From positions 8,130 to 72,129 of the forward strand of contig JBHLNS010000013.1 in NCBI GenBank assembly GCA_048941285.1: a stretch of 64,000 nucleotides of DNA. Direction: 5' to 3'. Below, one piece after another: positions 10,981 through 21,497 of the stretch. The translations under genes and the position numbers were made by a program. Under the pieces are notes generated by a model. It had not been told where the DNA came from, made no database searches, and worked only from the letters and a program-made list of their open reading frames with translations. The stretch comes from Promethearchaeota archaeon (lineage in GTDB: Archaea > Asgardarchaeota > Lokiarchaeia > Sigyniarchaeales > SOKP01). The number at the start of each line of letters is the position of its first letter. Within the stretch, counting starts at the first letter, position 1.

Positions 10981-11742
10981 TTACAAATAATTCTTAATAA
11001 ATCTTTCTATAGCATTATTTACTTGCTTTGGTTTTTCTAACATAACCCCGTGACCCGCTTTATCTATTATATGAAGTACTGAATTCTCAATTTTATCGTG
11101 AAAAAATTGTGAATATTTAACGGGAGTAAGTTGATCATACTTTCCACATATTATTACACATGGTATATCAATTGAATTTGTCTTTTCTAATGTATCAAAT
11201 GCATCACAAATTTTAAAATCACGATAAACTACTTCTGGATCTGCTTGAGATGCCTCCAAAACTGCATTTTCAATTATAGCTTTTGAAACTTTCTTATAAA
11301 ATGTCCCTGTTGGAAAAGAATTTAAGTATTTCTGATAATCAGGTTTTATTGAATCAAAGATCACTTGACTTACTCTCATCCTTCCACCTGTAGCACATAG
11401 AATAAGAGCAGAAACCTTTTCTGGATATCTAAAATAATACTCCTGTATCACTACTCCTCCCATAGAATGTCCTCCTAATACTAATGTATCGGGTTTTAGG
11501 GATTCTATAAGCGTTTTTAGTACATCAACGTATAGATCTAAAGATAATTCTTGATATATATTGGATTTATTATGTGAAGGCAAATCAAGAGCAATAATAT
11601 TATAATTAATATTTAAATAAAACTGATTCTCCCAGACATTTGAATTACCACCTGCTCCATGTATAAGAATAAGTATATTTTTCGAATTATTATCTTTAAT
11701 CTGATAAAAAATTTGTTTTCCAGAATATTCGAAGTATGGAAT
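10981..11742 (-). CDS. Alpha/beta hydrolase; extends 5' of the ORF-track call, probably from an ATT start
   Basis: GHSMGG nucleophile elbow, GKYD, AGH; in-frame upstream extension contains IHGAGGN and ALDLPSH. Confidence 0.88.
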   Translation of the reverse strand: MPYFEYSGKQIFYQIKDNNSKNILILIHGAGGNSNVWENQFYLNINYNIIALDLPSHNKSNIYQELSLDLYVDVLKTLIESLKPDTLVLGGHSMGGVVIQEYYFRYPEKVSALILCATGGRMRVSQVIFDSIKPDYQKYLNSFPTGTFYKKVSKAIIENAVLEASQADPEVVYRDFKICDAFDTLEKTNSIDIPCVIICGKYDQLTPVKYSQFFHDKIENSVLHIIDKAGHGVMLEKPKQVNNAIERFIKNYL

Positions 11743-11860
11743 AATTAAGCACCATGATAGATTATCTATTATATGGATTTAAAAACATGATAATAATTTA
11801 GTTTTATTAAAAATTCATAGTTAGATCATTTTCACTGAAAAGAGAAGAAATGAAGAATAT

Positions 11861-14077
11861 TTAATTGTCAATTTCAATATCGCGATTTTGCATTTCAAGA
11901 AGCCTTTTATATTTTCCATTTAAAGCGATTAAATTATTATGGTCACCTTGCTCTATTATTCCTTTTTTATCTGCGTTTAATACTATGATATGATCAGCAT
12001 TTTTTATGGTTGAGAGGCGATGAGCTATTATAATAGTTGTCCTTCCTTTACGAGCTTTATTTAAAGCATCCTGAATTAACGTTTCTGTATAAGGATCCAC
12101 AGAAGAAGTGGCTTCATCCAAAATCAGGATTTTTGGATCTGTTATTAGGGCACGAGCAAAAGCAATTAATTGACGTTGGCCTATTGAGATGTTACTACCA
12201 TTTTCTTTTAATTTAGTATCATAATTTTTATGTAAGGCATTAATAAAATTATGAAGTCCTAAAAATTTTGAAACCTCTATCATCCTTTCTTCAAGTTCGG
12301 GTGTAATAGTATCATATCCATATAATATATTTTCTCGAATAGTCCCTGTAAATAAAAATGCTTCTTGTGGGACAATGCCGATTAAATCTCTTAACTCTTT
12401 TTTCTTTATTTTTAATATATCAACACCGTCTATAACGATTTTTCCCTTATTTACGTCATAGAAACGAGCAATCAATTTAATTAACGTTGTTTTACCTGCT
12501 CCAGTTTCCCCTACAATTGCTAGTGTGATTCCTTCTGGGATTTTTATGCTCAGGTTCTTTAAAACCAAACCTTTAGATTCTATATGTTGAAGTATTATTT
12601 TTTGCTCATTTATCAGATCTTTAACTATTTTTGGAATTCTTTCATTTACTTCGGGAGGTATAGATATTTTGGCAAGTATTTTCAAATTATTTTGAGGAGA
12701 TTTTAAGCCCTTTTCATCACTAATTAATACGCTTCCATCTCCACTAAAATCCCCACCCTGTTGAAGATTTGATTTAGTTATTAAAGTCTTTTCTAAAGAC
12801 TTAACCATATTTAGAATGCTCTCAGATGTCAAAGTATTATCAAATTTATTATCATCCTCTAATCTTTGTTTCTTAGATTTAGTTTTAACTGTATCATTAT
12901 TAAGAATATAACCAAAACTCACATTTTCAAACTCAATAGTACCTTTTATTTGATCAAGTAATATTGGATTCTCGATATCTGGGATCTCAGCTTGTTCTTC
13001 TAATAACGAATAAATTCGATCACTAGCTGCTAGAGCAGACTCGATTACGTTTTGAATTTGCATTAATGTCATAAATGGTCTAAAAAATTGACCTAAAATT
13101 GTAATGAAAGCACTTAAAACCCCTACTGAAACAGTTATCCCGAAAAGTGAAATATTGCCAGATGTTACCAATCCACCTACTAATAAAATGGTTGCTGTAA
13201 TAATTGTTGTTATAAGACTGATTAAAGGAAAAATAGTTGCCATATATTTGCGAATTCTTAACATAATTTTGTAATTTGCTGTATTTGCTTGATCAAATTC
13301 AATAGCAGCTCTTTTTTCTTGACCATACGCTTTCACTACTTTTGCACCTTCAATATTTTCTTGTATTGAAGAAGTAACCCTCCCTATAGTTCTTCTTTCT
13401 TCCTTAAATAATAAAGTAGCTACTTTTTTGAAAAATCGAGTAATTATAAAAAATAAGGGAAAGATTATCAGGCTAATTAAAGCTAAAGCTATATTTAGGA
13501 AGAACATAAAAATTACAGTTAATCCAATCGAAACCATGCTTGTTATAATTTGAACGAATTGTCCTCCCACTAATTGATTAAGTATTGTAACATCATTTGT
13601 TAATATAGATATTATTTGTCCAGAAGACTTTTTATCAAAATAATTTAAAGACATTTCTTGAAGTTTAAAAAAAAGATCATTTCTAATTTGATAAGTCACT
13701 TTTTGAGATAACCGACCCATCCCATATAATGCAAAATAATTTGCAATTGCCATAATTAAGATTAATATCAAAAAAATTCCACTCATCATAACAATATATA
13801 TAGCATTTTTCGTAACAATTCCTCTGTCAATTATATTTGCTGAAAAAATCGGACTTAAGGCTGATATTACTGTTGCTAACAAAAGAAAAATAAAGAAAAG
13901 GAAGAATTCCAATTTTTGCGGCTTTAAGTATGAAATTAGCCATCTCCATAATTCTCTTCGTGGATGGTCTAGCTTTCTTTTATCTCCCTCTAACATAAAA
14001 CGTTGACGAGTACTAGCGCTTGGTTTTACAATTTCTTCTCTTTCCTCATCATCATTTTCATTTTTAGTATTGCTCAT
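11861..14077 (-). CDS. ABC exporter, fused TMD-NBD, heterodimer subunit
   Basis: 6-TM domain, GETGAGKT, ISIGQRQ, ILDEATS; about 110-aa insertion at the start of the NBD. Confidence 0.93.
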   Translation of the reverse strand: MSNTKNENDDEEREEIVKPSASTRQRFMLEGDKRKLDHPRRELWRWLISYLKPQKLEFFLFFIFLLLATVISALSPIFSANIIDRGIVTKNAIYIVMMSGIFLILILIMAIANYFALYGMGRLSQKVTYQIRNDLFFKLQEMSLNYFDKKSSGQIISILTNDVTILNQLVGGQFVQIITSMVSIGLTVIFMFFLNIALALISLIIFPLFFIITRFFKKVATLLFKEERRTIGRVTSSIQENIEGAKVVKAYGQEKRAAIEFDQANTANYKIMLRIRKYMATIFPLISLITTIITATILLVGGLVTSGNISLFGITVSVGVLSAFITILGQFFRPFMTLMQIQNVIESALAASDRIYSLLEEQAEIPDIENPILLDQIKGTIEFENVSFGYILNNDTVKTKSKKQRLEDDNKFDNTLTSESILNMVKSLEKTLITKSNLQQGGDFSGDGSVLISDEKGLKSPQNNLKILAKISIPPEVNERIPKIVKDLINEQKIILQHIESKGLVLKNLSIKIPEGITLAIVGETGAGKTTLIKLIARFYDVNKGKIVIDGVDILKIKKKELRDLIGIVPQEAFLFTGTIRENILYGYDTITPELEERMIEVSKFLGLHNFINALHKNYDTKLKENGSNISIGQRQLIAFARALITDPKILILDEATSSVDPYTETLIQDALNKARKGRTTIIIAHRLSTIKNADHIIVLNADKKGIIEQGDHNNLIALNGKYKRLLEMQNRDIEIDN

Positions 14078-14093
14078 TCTTACTATTCTTTAC

Positions 14094-15857
14094 TTATGTT
14101 TCTTGTATAATTCGATTTTTTGAATTTTGTTTTTGATATAAAGTTTCATAGATTTGCTTATATAAGACGTTTGACCTAATTAATTCATTATGAGTCCCAT
14201 AACCTACAACTCGACCCCGGTCTAGAATTAAAATATAATCTACTCCTCTAATGGTTGATATTCTCTGCGTGATAATAATAGATGTTATATCCTTCATTAT
14301 TATCTTTAAAGCTTGTTGTATTTTATACTCAGTTTCTACATCAACAGAGCTTGTACTATCATCAAGAATTAAAATTCTAGGTTTTGTTATAAGAGCCCGA
14401 GCTATTGATAAACGTTGTTTTTGACCACCTGAAAGGCGTGTACCTCTCTCACCCACAATTGAATCATAAGATTTTGGTAAATTAACAATAAATTCATGTA
14501 AATCCGCAATTTTAGCTGCTTCAATTATTTCTTCTATTGAAGCATCTTCTTTTCCATAGGCTATATTTTGTGCTATTGTTTTATTGAATAGAAAGGTTTC
14601 TTGGGAGACAATTGCAATATTTCTCCGTAAATCGTTTATTAAAAAGTCTTTTATATCAATTTGGTCAATCTTAATAGATCCGTCATGTAACTCATAGAAA
14701 CGAGGGATTAAATTTATTATAGTAGATTTACCTGAACCTGTTGTTCCTAAAATAGCAAGTTTTCTTCCAGCAGGAATTTTAAATGTCACATTTTTTAAAA
14801 TTCGATGATCAGATGTATATCCAAACGAAACATTATCAAATTCAATATCCCCTAGTAAATTAGAAATCTGTAATGCATTGGGGAAGTCTTTAATTTCCGG
14901 ACTTGAATCCAAAATATCTCTTACTCTGGTAAGTGCGGCATCGGCTTGAATATATACTAACATAATTTGACCTAACATCATTAAAGGAAATCCAAGTGAC
15001 GCTATATAAGAGAGAAGGGTTACAACTACATCTAAATCCATTGTTCCATTAATAAACCTAATACCCCCTATGAATAAGGAAAAAATTGTCATTACTCCAA
15101 TTATAATATAAATAGTGGGCATATAAAGTGAGTTGTATTTTACAGAATCGACACTGGCTTTATAGAATCTATTATTATTTTCTTTAAATTTGTTATATTC
15201 CTTATTTTGAGTACTAAATATCCGTATTACTTGAGCACCAACAATATTTTCCCTTATAGTAGTAGTCAGATCACCAAAACTATCTCTTGTTTCCAAGAAG
15301 ATTGGCTTAAGCTTCTTCGCAATATAATATGATAATATTAAGGAAATTAAAATTGCTGAAACTAAGATAAATGATAAATCAAAACTGAAAGCAAAAAAGC
15401 CAAAAATAATTCCGCTAATCTGGAGAGTTGACTGAAAACCTAAAATTAAACCCATACCAAAAATTTGCCTGGTTTCTTCGATATCACTTGTAGCTCGAGA
15501 AATTAATTGACCCGTTTCTGCTTTATCGAAGTAAGAAAACGATTGACGATAAATTGCATTGCTAATATCGTCACGGAGATAATATAATGCTCTTGATGAA
15601 ACTTCAGCTCCTTGCAGCCGAGCAGCTCTATTGAAAAAATAAGTTAATACTCCTAATACTAATATAATACAAAAATAAATTAGAAATACAATAATATTAA
15701 AACTGGGTAGATTCGGATCCAATAATCCAACCATTCTTCCAATAAAAATAGGAATAAGTGTGGAAAAAATTGTTGAAAGTGATAAACTAGTAATTTGTAA
15801 AATGAATGCTCTTTTCGATTTTAACCAATACTTAAATATCATTCTGGCAGAATTCAT
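14094..15857 (-). CDS. ABC exporter, fused TMD-NBD, heterodimer partner with degenerate site
   Basis: GTTGSGKS, LSGGQKQR, ILDDSTS (catalytic E replaced by D), ITQR (H-loop H replaced by Q). Confidence 0.93.
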   Translation of the reverse strand: MNSARMIFKYWLKSKRAFILQITSLSLSTIFSTLIPIFIGRMVGLLDPNLPSFNIIVFLIYFCIILVLGVLTYFFNRAARLQGAEVSSRALYYLRDDISNAIYRQSFSYFDKAETGQLISRATSDIEETRQIFGMGLILGFQSTLQISGIIFGFFAFSFDLSFILVSAILISLILSYYIAKKLKPIFLETRDSFGDLTTTIRENIVGAQVIRIFSTQNKEYNKFKENNNRFYKASVDSVKYNSLYMPTIYIIIGVMTIFSLFIGGIRFINGTMDLDVVVTLLSYIASLGFPLMMLGQIMLVYIQADAALTRVRDILDSSPEIKDFPNALQISNLLGDIEFDNVSFGYTSDHRILKNVTFKIPAGRKLAILGTTGSGKSTIINLIPRFYELHDGSIKIDQIDIKDFLINDLRRNIAIVSQETFLFNKTIAQNIAYGKEDASIEEIIEAAKIADLHEFIVNLPKSYDSIVGERGTRLSGGQKQRLSIARALITKPRILILDDSTSSVDVETEYKIQQALKIIMKDITSIIITQRISTIRGVDYILILDRGRVVGYGTHNELIRSNVLYKQIYETLYQKQNSKNRIIQET

Positions 15858-15951
15858 TTAAATTCTGGTTCTTATTAATTTTAAATCAAGTTTTAATATG
15901 ATCTATTTAAAAAAAATTTTTATAAAAATAACTAAATAGAAAAAAAATATG

Positions 15952-16737
15952 TTATTGACTTATTTCCATCTTATTAAAAGACTGGGCTCCGATTAATATC
16001 AAGAGGGTTCCAAAACCAATTGTAATTAATATATCAACCCAAAATGGGAAATATGATACCCCTAATAATACAAATCGGAATAAATCTGCACTATAAGAGA
16101 AAGGATTAAACATTGTGATCTGCGGAGGAAGTGGTATTAATGTTCCCGAAAGCCACATCATTGGCATTATAATAAAGGTTTGTATTAACCCAAAAGATTG
16201 CATATCTCTTAAGCGAGTACTTATCGTTAAGCCTATCCCGACAATTCCTAAACTTGAAATAAAAGCAACAGGTAGAATAAGCATTGCACGCCATATTAAG
16301 CTAAACTCATATCCAAAAAAGCCAAAAGCAACACCTAAACCTATCATTATTACGACTTGTATCATAGTTTGCAAAGCAACACCTACGGTTCTTCCAAGCA
16401 TTATGGTTCTTCGACTTATAGGAGCTACCATCAACTCCTTCATAAATCCAAACATTTTATCTCTAAATATAGACATCCCACCAAAAATCCCGGTGAAAAG
16501 TATAACCATTGCAGCAATACCCGATGCAGTAAAAGCCCTTGAATCTACAATCATTCCACCTATCTCGATATCTACTCTCGAAAATCCCGCTCCAAAAACA
16601 AAGAGAAACAAAATTCCCTGGGCAAGTGAAGAAATAACTCTTGATTTATTCCTCCAGAACTCCATCAACTCTCTTTTTGCTAAAATCCATACTGCACTAT
16701 AATTAAATTTCGACTTTACAAGATTTAAATCAGACAT
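15952..16737 (-). CDS. ABC-2 type permease (DrrB-like)
   Basis: 6 TM; GFMKELMVAPISR, NPFSYSAD. Confidence 0.9.
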   Translation of the reverse strand: MSDLNLVKSKFNYSAVWILAKRELMEFWRNKSRVISSLAQGILFLFVFGAGFSRVDIEIGGMIVDSRAFTASGIAAMVILFTGIFGGMSIFRDKMFGFMKELMVAPISRRTIMLGRTVGVALQTMIQVVIMIGLGVAFGFFGYEFSLIWRAMLILPVAFISSLGIVGIGLTISTRLRDMQSFGLIQTFIIMPMMWLSGTLIPLPPQITMFNPFSYSADLFRFVLLGVSYFPFWVDILITIGFGTLLILIGAQSFNKMEISQ

Positions 16738-16744
16738 TTTTTTA

Positions 16745-18070
16745 TCACTTCCTTAATTGTCTCATTTGAATTCTTCTCTTCATATCTTTTAAATGATTTG
16801 AAGATTCTTCTCGAATTGCAGTACCTACATAGTGAAGAAACACATCTTCCAACGTAGGTTGATGCATATTTATCGTTTTTATAGGCAAATTGTTTTCATT
16901 TATTTTTTGAATAATAAATGGCAATTGTTTTCCCCCATTTTCGCAAGAAATTGAGATTGAAGGGTCATTTTCTTCTTCCTCATCAATTTCTCCTTTCTTA
17001 ATTTTGATTATCTCTTCCTTTATCGTATCTGGTATTTCATCTAAGGTTGATTCATCAAACATTTCAGCAATTTTCTTTTTAATTGATAACGGTGCATTTA
17101 AAAACATTCCAGTAGCCATCGGCATTTTTTTCCAAGCCATAATTAGTTTCTTAGGATCCGATAAAATTTCTCGCATTCGTGCTTGAATCATTTCTGGATT
17201 AAAATTACTAGGCATTCCTTTTGGAAGTTGCATATTAGGCATTATCGGTTGTTCTCCTTCATTTGTGCCCAAGAAAACATTCTTCACCCCAGGAATTTCC
17301 TTTATCTGGCTGATTATCATAGGAATTTTATATCTTTCTTCTAAATTTTCAAATTTAATATCAACAACATCCCCAGCTAATTGTTTTTTTAGGTTCTCCG
17401 AAGTATCCATAGCGATTATTTTTCCATGATCCATAATACAGATTCTATTGGCAAGCTCATCAGCTTCGTCCATATAATGAGTGGTGATTAAAATAGTCAT
17501 TTTTGAATTTCCTTTATTTAATTCCTGAATTTTATCCCATATTTTTCTCCGTGTTTGAGGATCTAATCCTAACGTAGGTTCATCTAAGAAAAGAACTTTT
17601 GGTTCATGGATCAGCCCACGAGCAATCTCTAAACGTCTTTTCATCCCTCCAGAATAATTTTTCACAAATGTATCTGCTCTATCTTCGAGATCCACTAATT
17701 TAAGAACTTCTTGTATTTTTGCATGTCTCTCTTTTTTCGGCATTCCATAAAGAATTGCATGCAATTCTAGATTTTCCCAAGCTTTCATCTCGCCATCTAC
17801 TGAAGGTTCTTGAAAAACTATACCAATACTTTTTCTCACTTTATCAGGATCTTTTTCTACATTCCAACTATTGACAAAAGCTTCTCCCTCTGTAGAGGAT
17901 AATAAAGTTGCCAATATACTTATTGTAGTAGTTTTCCCAGCACCATTAGGTCCTAGTAAAGCAAAAATCTCGCCTTTCTTGATATTAAAGCTAATATCAT
18001 CAACAGCTAATACTTCGCCTTCTTCATAGATCTTTGTTAGATTCTTTACTTCTATTATATTTTCAGTCAT
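16745..18070 (-). CDS. ABC ATP-binding protein (DrrA-like) with C-terminal insertion
   Basis: GPNGAGKT, YSGGM, LDEPT, TTHYM, PTLEDVF. Confidence 0.93.
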   Translation of the reverse strand: MTENIIEVKNLTKIYEEGEVLAVDDISFNIKKGEIFALLGPNGAGKTTTISILATLLSSTEGEAFVNSWNVEKDPDKVRKSIGIVFQEPSVDGEMKAWENLELHAILYGMPKKERHAKIQEVLKLVDLEDRADTFVKNYSGGMKRRLEIARGLIHEPKVLFLDEPTLGLDPQTRRKIWDKIQELNKGNSKMTILITTHYMDEADELANRICIMDHGKIIAMDTSENLKKQLAGDVVDIKFENLEERYKIPMIISQIKEIPGVKNVFLGTNEGEQPIMPNMQLPKGMPSNFNPEMIQARMREILSDPKKLIMAWKKMPMATGMFLNAPLSIKKKIAEMFDESTLDEIPDTIKEEIIKIKKGEIDEEEENDPSISISCENGGKQLPFIIQKINENNLPIKTINMHQPTLEDVFLHYVGTAIREESSNHLKDMKRRIQMRQLRK

Positions 18071-18276
18071 ATTCTCTCATAAGCTAATGTTTCATTACAA
18101 TAATACTTTTCTAAAAATAGTTTTAACTTGATTTTAACATTAAAAAAAAATTTGGAATTCATTTTTTCTTCTCTTGTTTACCTTTCGCTTTCCGACTATT
18201 AAATAAGCACTTATCTAACCTTGATTTTTTATGAATAAATGTTTCTTCAATTTTTCCTGTTGATTTTTCATCTATT

Positions 18277-19011
18277 TTATCTAGTGTATTCATATTTCTC
18301 ACTCTTTTTAAGGGAATCTTTAACCATTTCCATTATTCTATCTTTATTTAGAGAATCCATTTTCTCAATTTCCTTAATAATTCTGTCTAAATCTGCTTTA
18401 CTTTCTCTAAAATTTCCTATTTTATTTTCTATCTGTTGAAGCATACCTTTTATCCAAGATCTTAAACCTCTGAAAAAGTCAATGGCATCATCTATATCTT
18501 GAAATTCTTTTATTCTTTCTATTAAGACCAATCTTAATCCTTTTGAGGGAGAAATTTCTGACATCATATTGAAGACATTTGCCCATTTCAATTTCAGTTC
18601 TTCTAAAAATTTCCTTCCTAATTCCGATATTATAAAGAATTTATTTGCTCGTCCTTCTACAATTTCTTCTTTAGAATATAAATATTGTTTATCCCCTAAT
18701 TCTTGTAGTGTTCTTATTAGAGTTCCTCTTGGAAAATTATATTTTTCTTGCAACTGATAACCAGTAATCCCATTAGGATACTCAGAAATTATCAATAATA
18801 CAATGAAATCTCTTATTTCTTGAAATGATTCTCTCCCTATAGGTAACGGAGGTTTGAAAGAACCTTTCAAAAATGGTGGAAATTTACTATGTGAAGGAAA
18901 GCCCTCAAAACCTGGATAACGTGGAGGGTTATGATGTTCAGGAGGGCCTTGTTCCATGAATTTAGGTGGGTTCTCCTCAAACCTAAATTGATCTATATTT
19001 CTTTTAAACAC
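18277..19011 (-). CDS. PadR-like winged-helix transcriptional regulator
   Basis: TGYQL..GTL..L..L..RANKFFIISELG; heads the ABC cluster; Pro-rich N-terminus. Confidence 0.8.
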   Translation of the reverse strand: MFKRNIDQFRFEENPPKFMEQGPPEHHNPPRYPGFEGFPSHSKFPPFLKGSFKPPLPIGRESFQEIRDFIVLLIISEYPNGITGYQLQEKYNFPRGTLIRTLQELGDKQYLYSKEEIVEGRANKFFIISELGRKFLEELKLKWANVFNMMSEISPSKGLRLVLIERIKEFQDIDDAIDFFRGLRSWIKGMLQQIENKIGNFRESKADLDRIIKEIEKMDSLNKDRIMEMVKDSLKKSEKYEYTR

Positions 19012-19204
19012 TATTTATATCACTTAAAAAGCAGTAAAACTGATGTAAATATGCTTAATGATTAAAAAAAGGGCATCATATTTAAATGTTGTCCAAATAG
19101 GACATATGTCAAATACTAATTTTTTAAATATTTTGTATAAGAATAATTCAAAAAATGATATAAGCAATCGACTTAAAATATTATTATTAGAAGAAGTGAT
19201 TAAA

Positions 19205-20542
19205 ATGGTAGAAGTTTATATAGAAGATACAAATCAAGGGATTAAATCCGCTGTAAACCGTATTTTTAATCAGATTAATCAGGCTGGAACAATCATTCTT
19301 AAAAAATCAAAAGAAGTTTATATTAAAGTGAATGGAATTAATTTTATGAAACATTCTTACACATCTCCAGACGTTTTAGAGGCAGTAATAGAGTACTTTA
19401 AAGAGAGGGGAGCAAATGTATTTGTAATGGAAAATTCGACACAAGCCAATATCACAAGAGTAGTTTTTACCGTTACTGGTTATAAAGAAATTTGCGAAAA
19501 AGCTGGTGCAAAAATTATTTATTTAGATGAAGAAGATACAGATGCCTATGAATTTAAGTACAAACCCTCAATAGAAGAGGCTCCTGGAGGATATATTCTA
19601 AAAAATTATAAATTACCCAAAATAATTACAAAAATTATTGAGAACAGAGATTCTATAACATACATAAATTTACCTAAATTGAAAACTCATAGTATGGCTG
19701 TAGTCACTCTGGGAATTAAAAATCAATGGGGATTCCCTCAACATGCGGATCGTGGTAAGGACCACAATTATAATTTACATTCGAAATTAGTAGAAGTATA
19801 TGATATAATTAAACCGGATGTTACTATAATAGATGGTATTGAAGGAACTATTCATGGACATTATCCACCCACAGCATGGGAAGATCAACATGTTATTCCT
19901 TTCAATATTCTTATTGGGGGGACAGACACATTGGCTGTAGACGTTATCGGAGCAAGAATATTCGGTTTAGAAATTGATGAGATTCCTCATTTAAAATTAG
20001 CTTATGAACGTGGTTTGGGTGAGGGAGATTTAAAAAAAATAAAAGTAATCGGAAAAAATTTAGAAAGTTATAAAGAAAAATATGAATGGGATTTGTTTCA
20101 ACAATTTCCAGAAAATGTTAAGATCATAAAAGGAAAAGAACTATTATGCCGAGAAGGTTGTCAGAATAATCCATTATCATTACTACAATGGTTAGCTTTT
20201 GATTTTCCAGATAAATTTAAAGGTGGTTGGTTTATTGTTATGGGTAAAGGGCATGATGAGAATCTTATAGATCAGTTAAAGTCAGAGGGATATTCCAAAG
20301 GATTAGTGGCAGGATATTGTGCTATTGAAGAAGTTGGTCAAAAATTAAGGCAAGAATTTGGTAGAAGGAAAATATTTTTTTCAGGAAATTGTAATAATCT
20401 AGCAGAGACTACAACTGCTGAATTAAAATTATCTGGCATGAGTGCTCTTGATTTAGTACCATTATCCTCTGAAGAAGTGATGCAACTCATTCAAGAAGCT
20501 CAACAAAATGGTACTACCGCATTAATAACTACGGCATTTTAA
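19205..20542 (+). CDS. DUF362 family Fe-S protein (likely start MVEVY at 19205)
   Basis: IKVN, NLPKLKTH, TLGIKNQWG, IIDGI, AVD and CxxGC motifs. Confidence 0.82.
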   Translation: MVEVYIEDTNQGIKSAVNRIFNQINQAGTIILKKSKEVYIKVNGINFMKHSYTSPDVLEAVIEYFKERGANVFVMENSTQANITRVVFTVTGYKEICEKAGAKIIYLDEEDTDAYEFKYKPSIEEAPGGYILKNYKLPKIITKIIENRDSITYINLPKLKTHSMAVVTLGIKNQWGFPQHADRGKDHNYNLHSKLVEVYDIIKPDVTIIDGIEGTIHGHYPPTAWEDQHVIPFNILIGGTDTLAVDVIGARIFGLEIDEIPHLKLAYERGLGEGDLKKIKVIGKNLESYKEKYEWDLFQQFPENVKIIKGKELLCREGCQNNPLSLLQWLAFDFPDKFKGGWFIVMGKGHDENLIDQLKSEGYSKGLVAGYCAIEEVGQKLRQEFGRRKIFFSGNCNNLAETTTAELKLSGMSALDLVPLSSEEVMQLIQEAQQNGTTALITTAF

Positions 20543-20614
20543 CTTTTTTATGTCTATTCTGCTATTATAATAAAAAAAAATTTTTATAAAGATTAAAAAT
20601 GATATAAAATTATT

Positions 20615-21364
20615 GTGGATTTAAGTTCACTTTATTCTGAAGTAAAGCAACTCCTATTGATCTCTGATAAAGATTTCGATTTAGAACACAATCTAAATTA
20701 TTATTATTCTATGGAACCGGATGAAAATAAACTCGAAATTCTAGGAGATATTTTAAGCTTTATCGATAAATTTTCAATGTTTAGGGATATTAAACCTTTC
20801 ATGAACTCATTATATACGTGTATTAATAATACTCTTGAAATAAAATCTGAATCAATCCTTGATTTTGAAGAATTATTATTTAAAAATTCAATTATGCATT
20901 TTATTCAACAATATCTTAATTATTCAAAAATAACACAAAAAGATCAAGTCTTAGAATTTTTAACGGATTCCTTAGAAAAACTTCAAAAACAACCCTTAAT
21001 CATGAATCTTGGACTATTACTTAAACCAATGTACCAAGATCAAAAATATATTGATGATCTGGGGAAACTCAAAGAACTTGAAGTGACATATAAGGATAAT
21101 AATAATGAAGATATTCAAATTAAACAATATATAGATCAATGGTTAGAAACTCAAGTTATTAATCTAAACAAACAAGATGAATTGAGAGAAAATTTAATCC
21201 AAGAATTCAAAAGTTTAATTTCCAAGTATAATTTAACATTAGACTCTGAGAAAGTAAAGAAATTAGAGTTAGAAGTTATAGAAATGCTCACAATGAAATT
21301 AACGATGCAGAGTCTTATGGAACATATGCAAGAAGATTCTTTTGAGCCAATCCCTATAAAATAA
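20615..21364 (+). CDS. Hypothetical helical protein
   Basis: 249-aa ORF, no recognisable motif. Confidence 0.7.
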   Translation: MDLSSLYSEVKQLLLISDKDFDLEHNLNYYYSMEPDENKLEILGDILSFIDKFSMFRDIKPFMNSLYTCINNTLEIKSESILDFEELLFKNSIMHFIQQYLNYSKITQKDQVLEFLTDSLEKLQKQPLIMNLGLLLKPMYQDQKYIDDLGKLKELEVTYKDNNNEDIQIKQYIDQWLETQVINLNKQDELRENLIQEFKSLISKYNLTLDSEKVKKLELEVIEMLTMKLTMQSLMEHMQEDSFEPIPIK

Positions 21365-21497
21365 ATAAAGGGAACAATTAAATTTTTTGTTATATTATGC
21401 TTTTCCTTCTTTATTTTAAAACTAATTTCTAGTTCAAACATAAAAATTATTAAATACTAATTTTGATATTATATTTAAAAAAAATTCCAAAAATTTT

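Noticed and set aside
12570-12907. Intein in the ABC NBD insertion
   Set aside because: No N-terminal Cys/Ser block or C-terminal His-Asn splice motif
16115-16702. 195-aa plus-strand ORF and other short antisense ORFs in the track
   Set aside because: Shadows of well-supported opposite-strand genes, with no motifs
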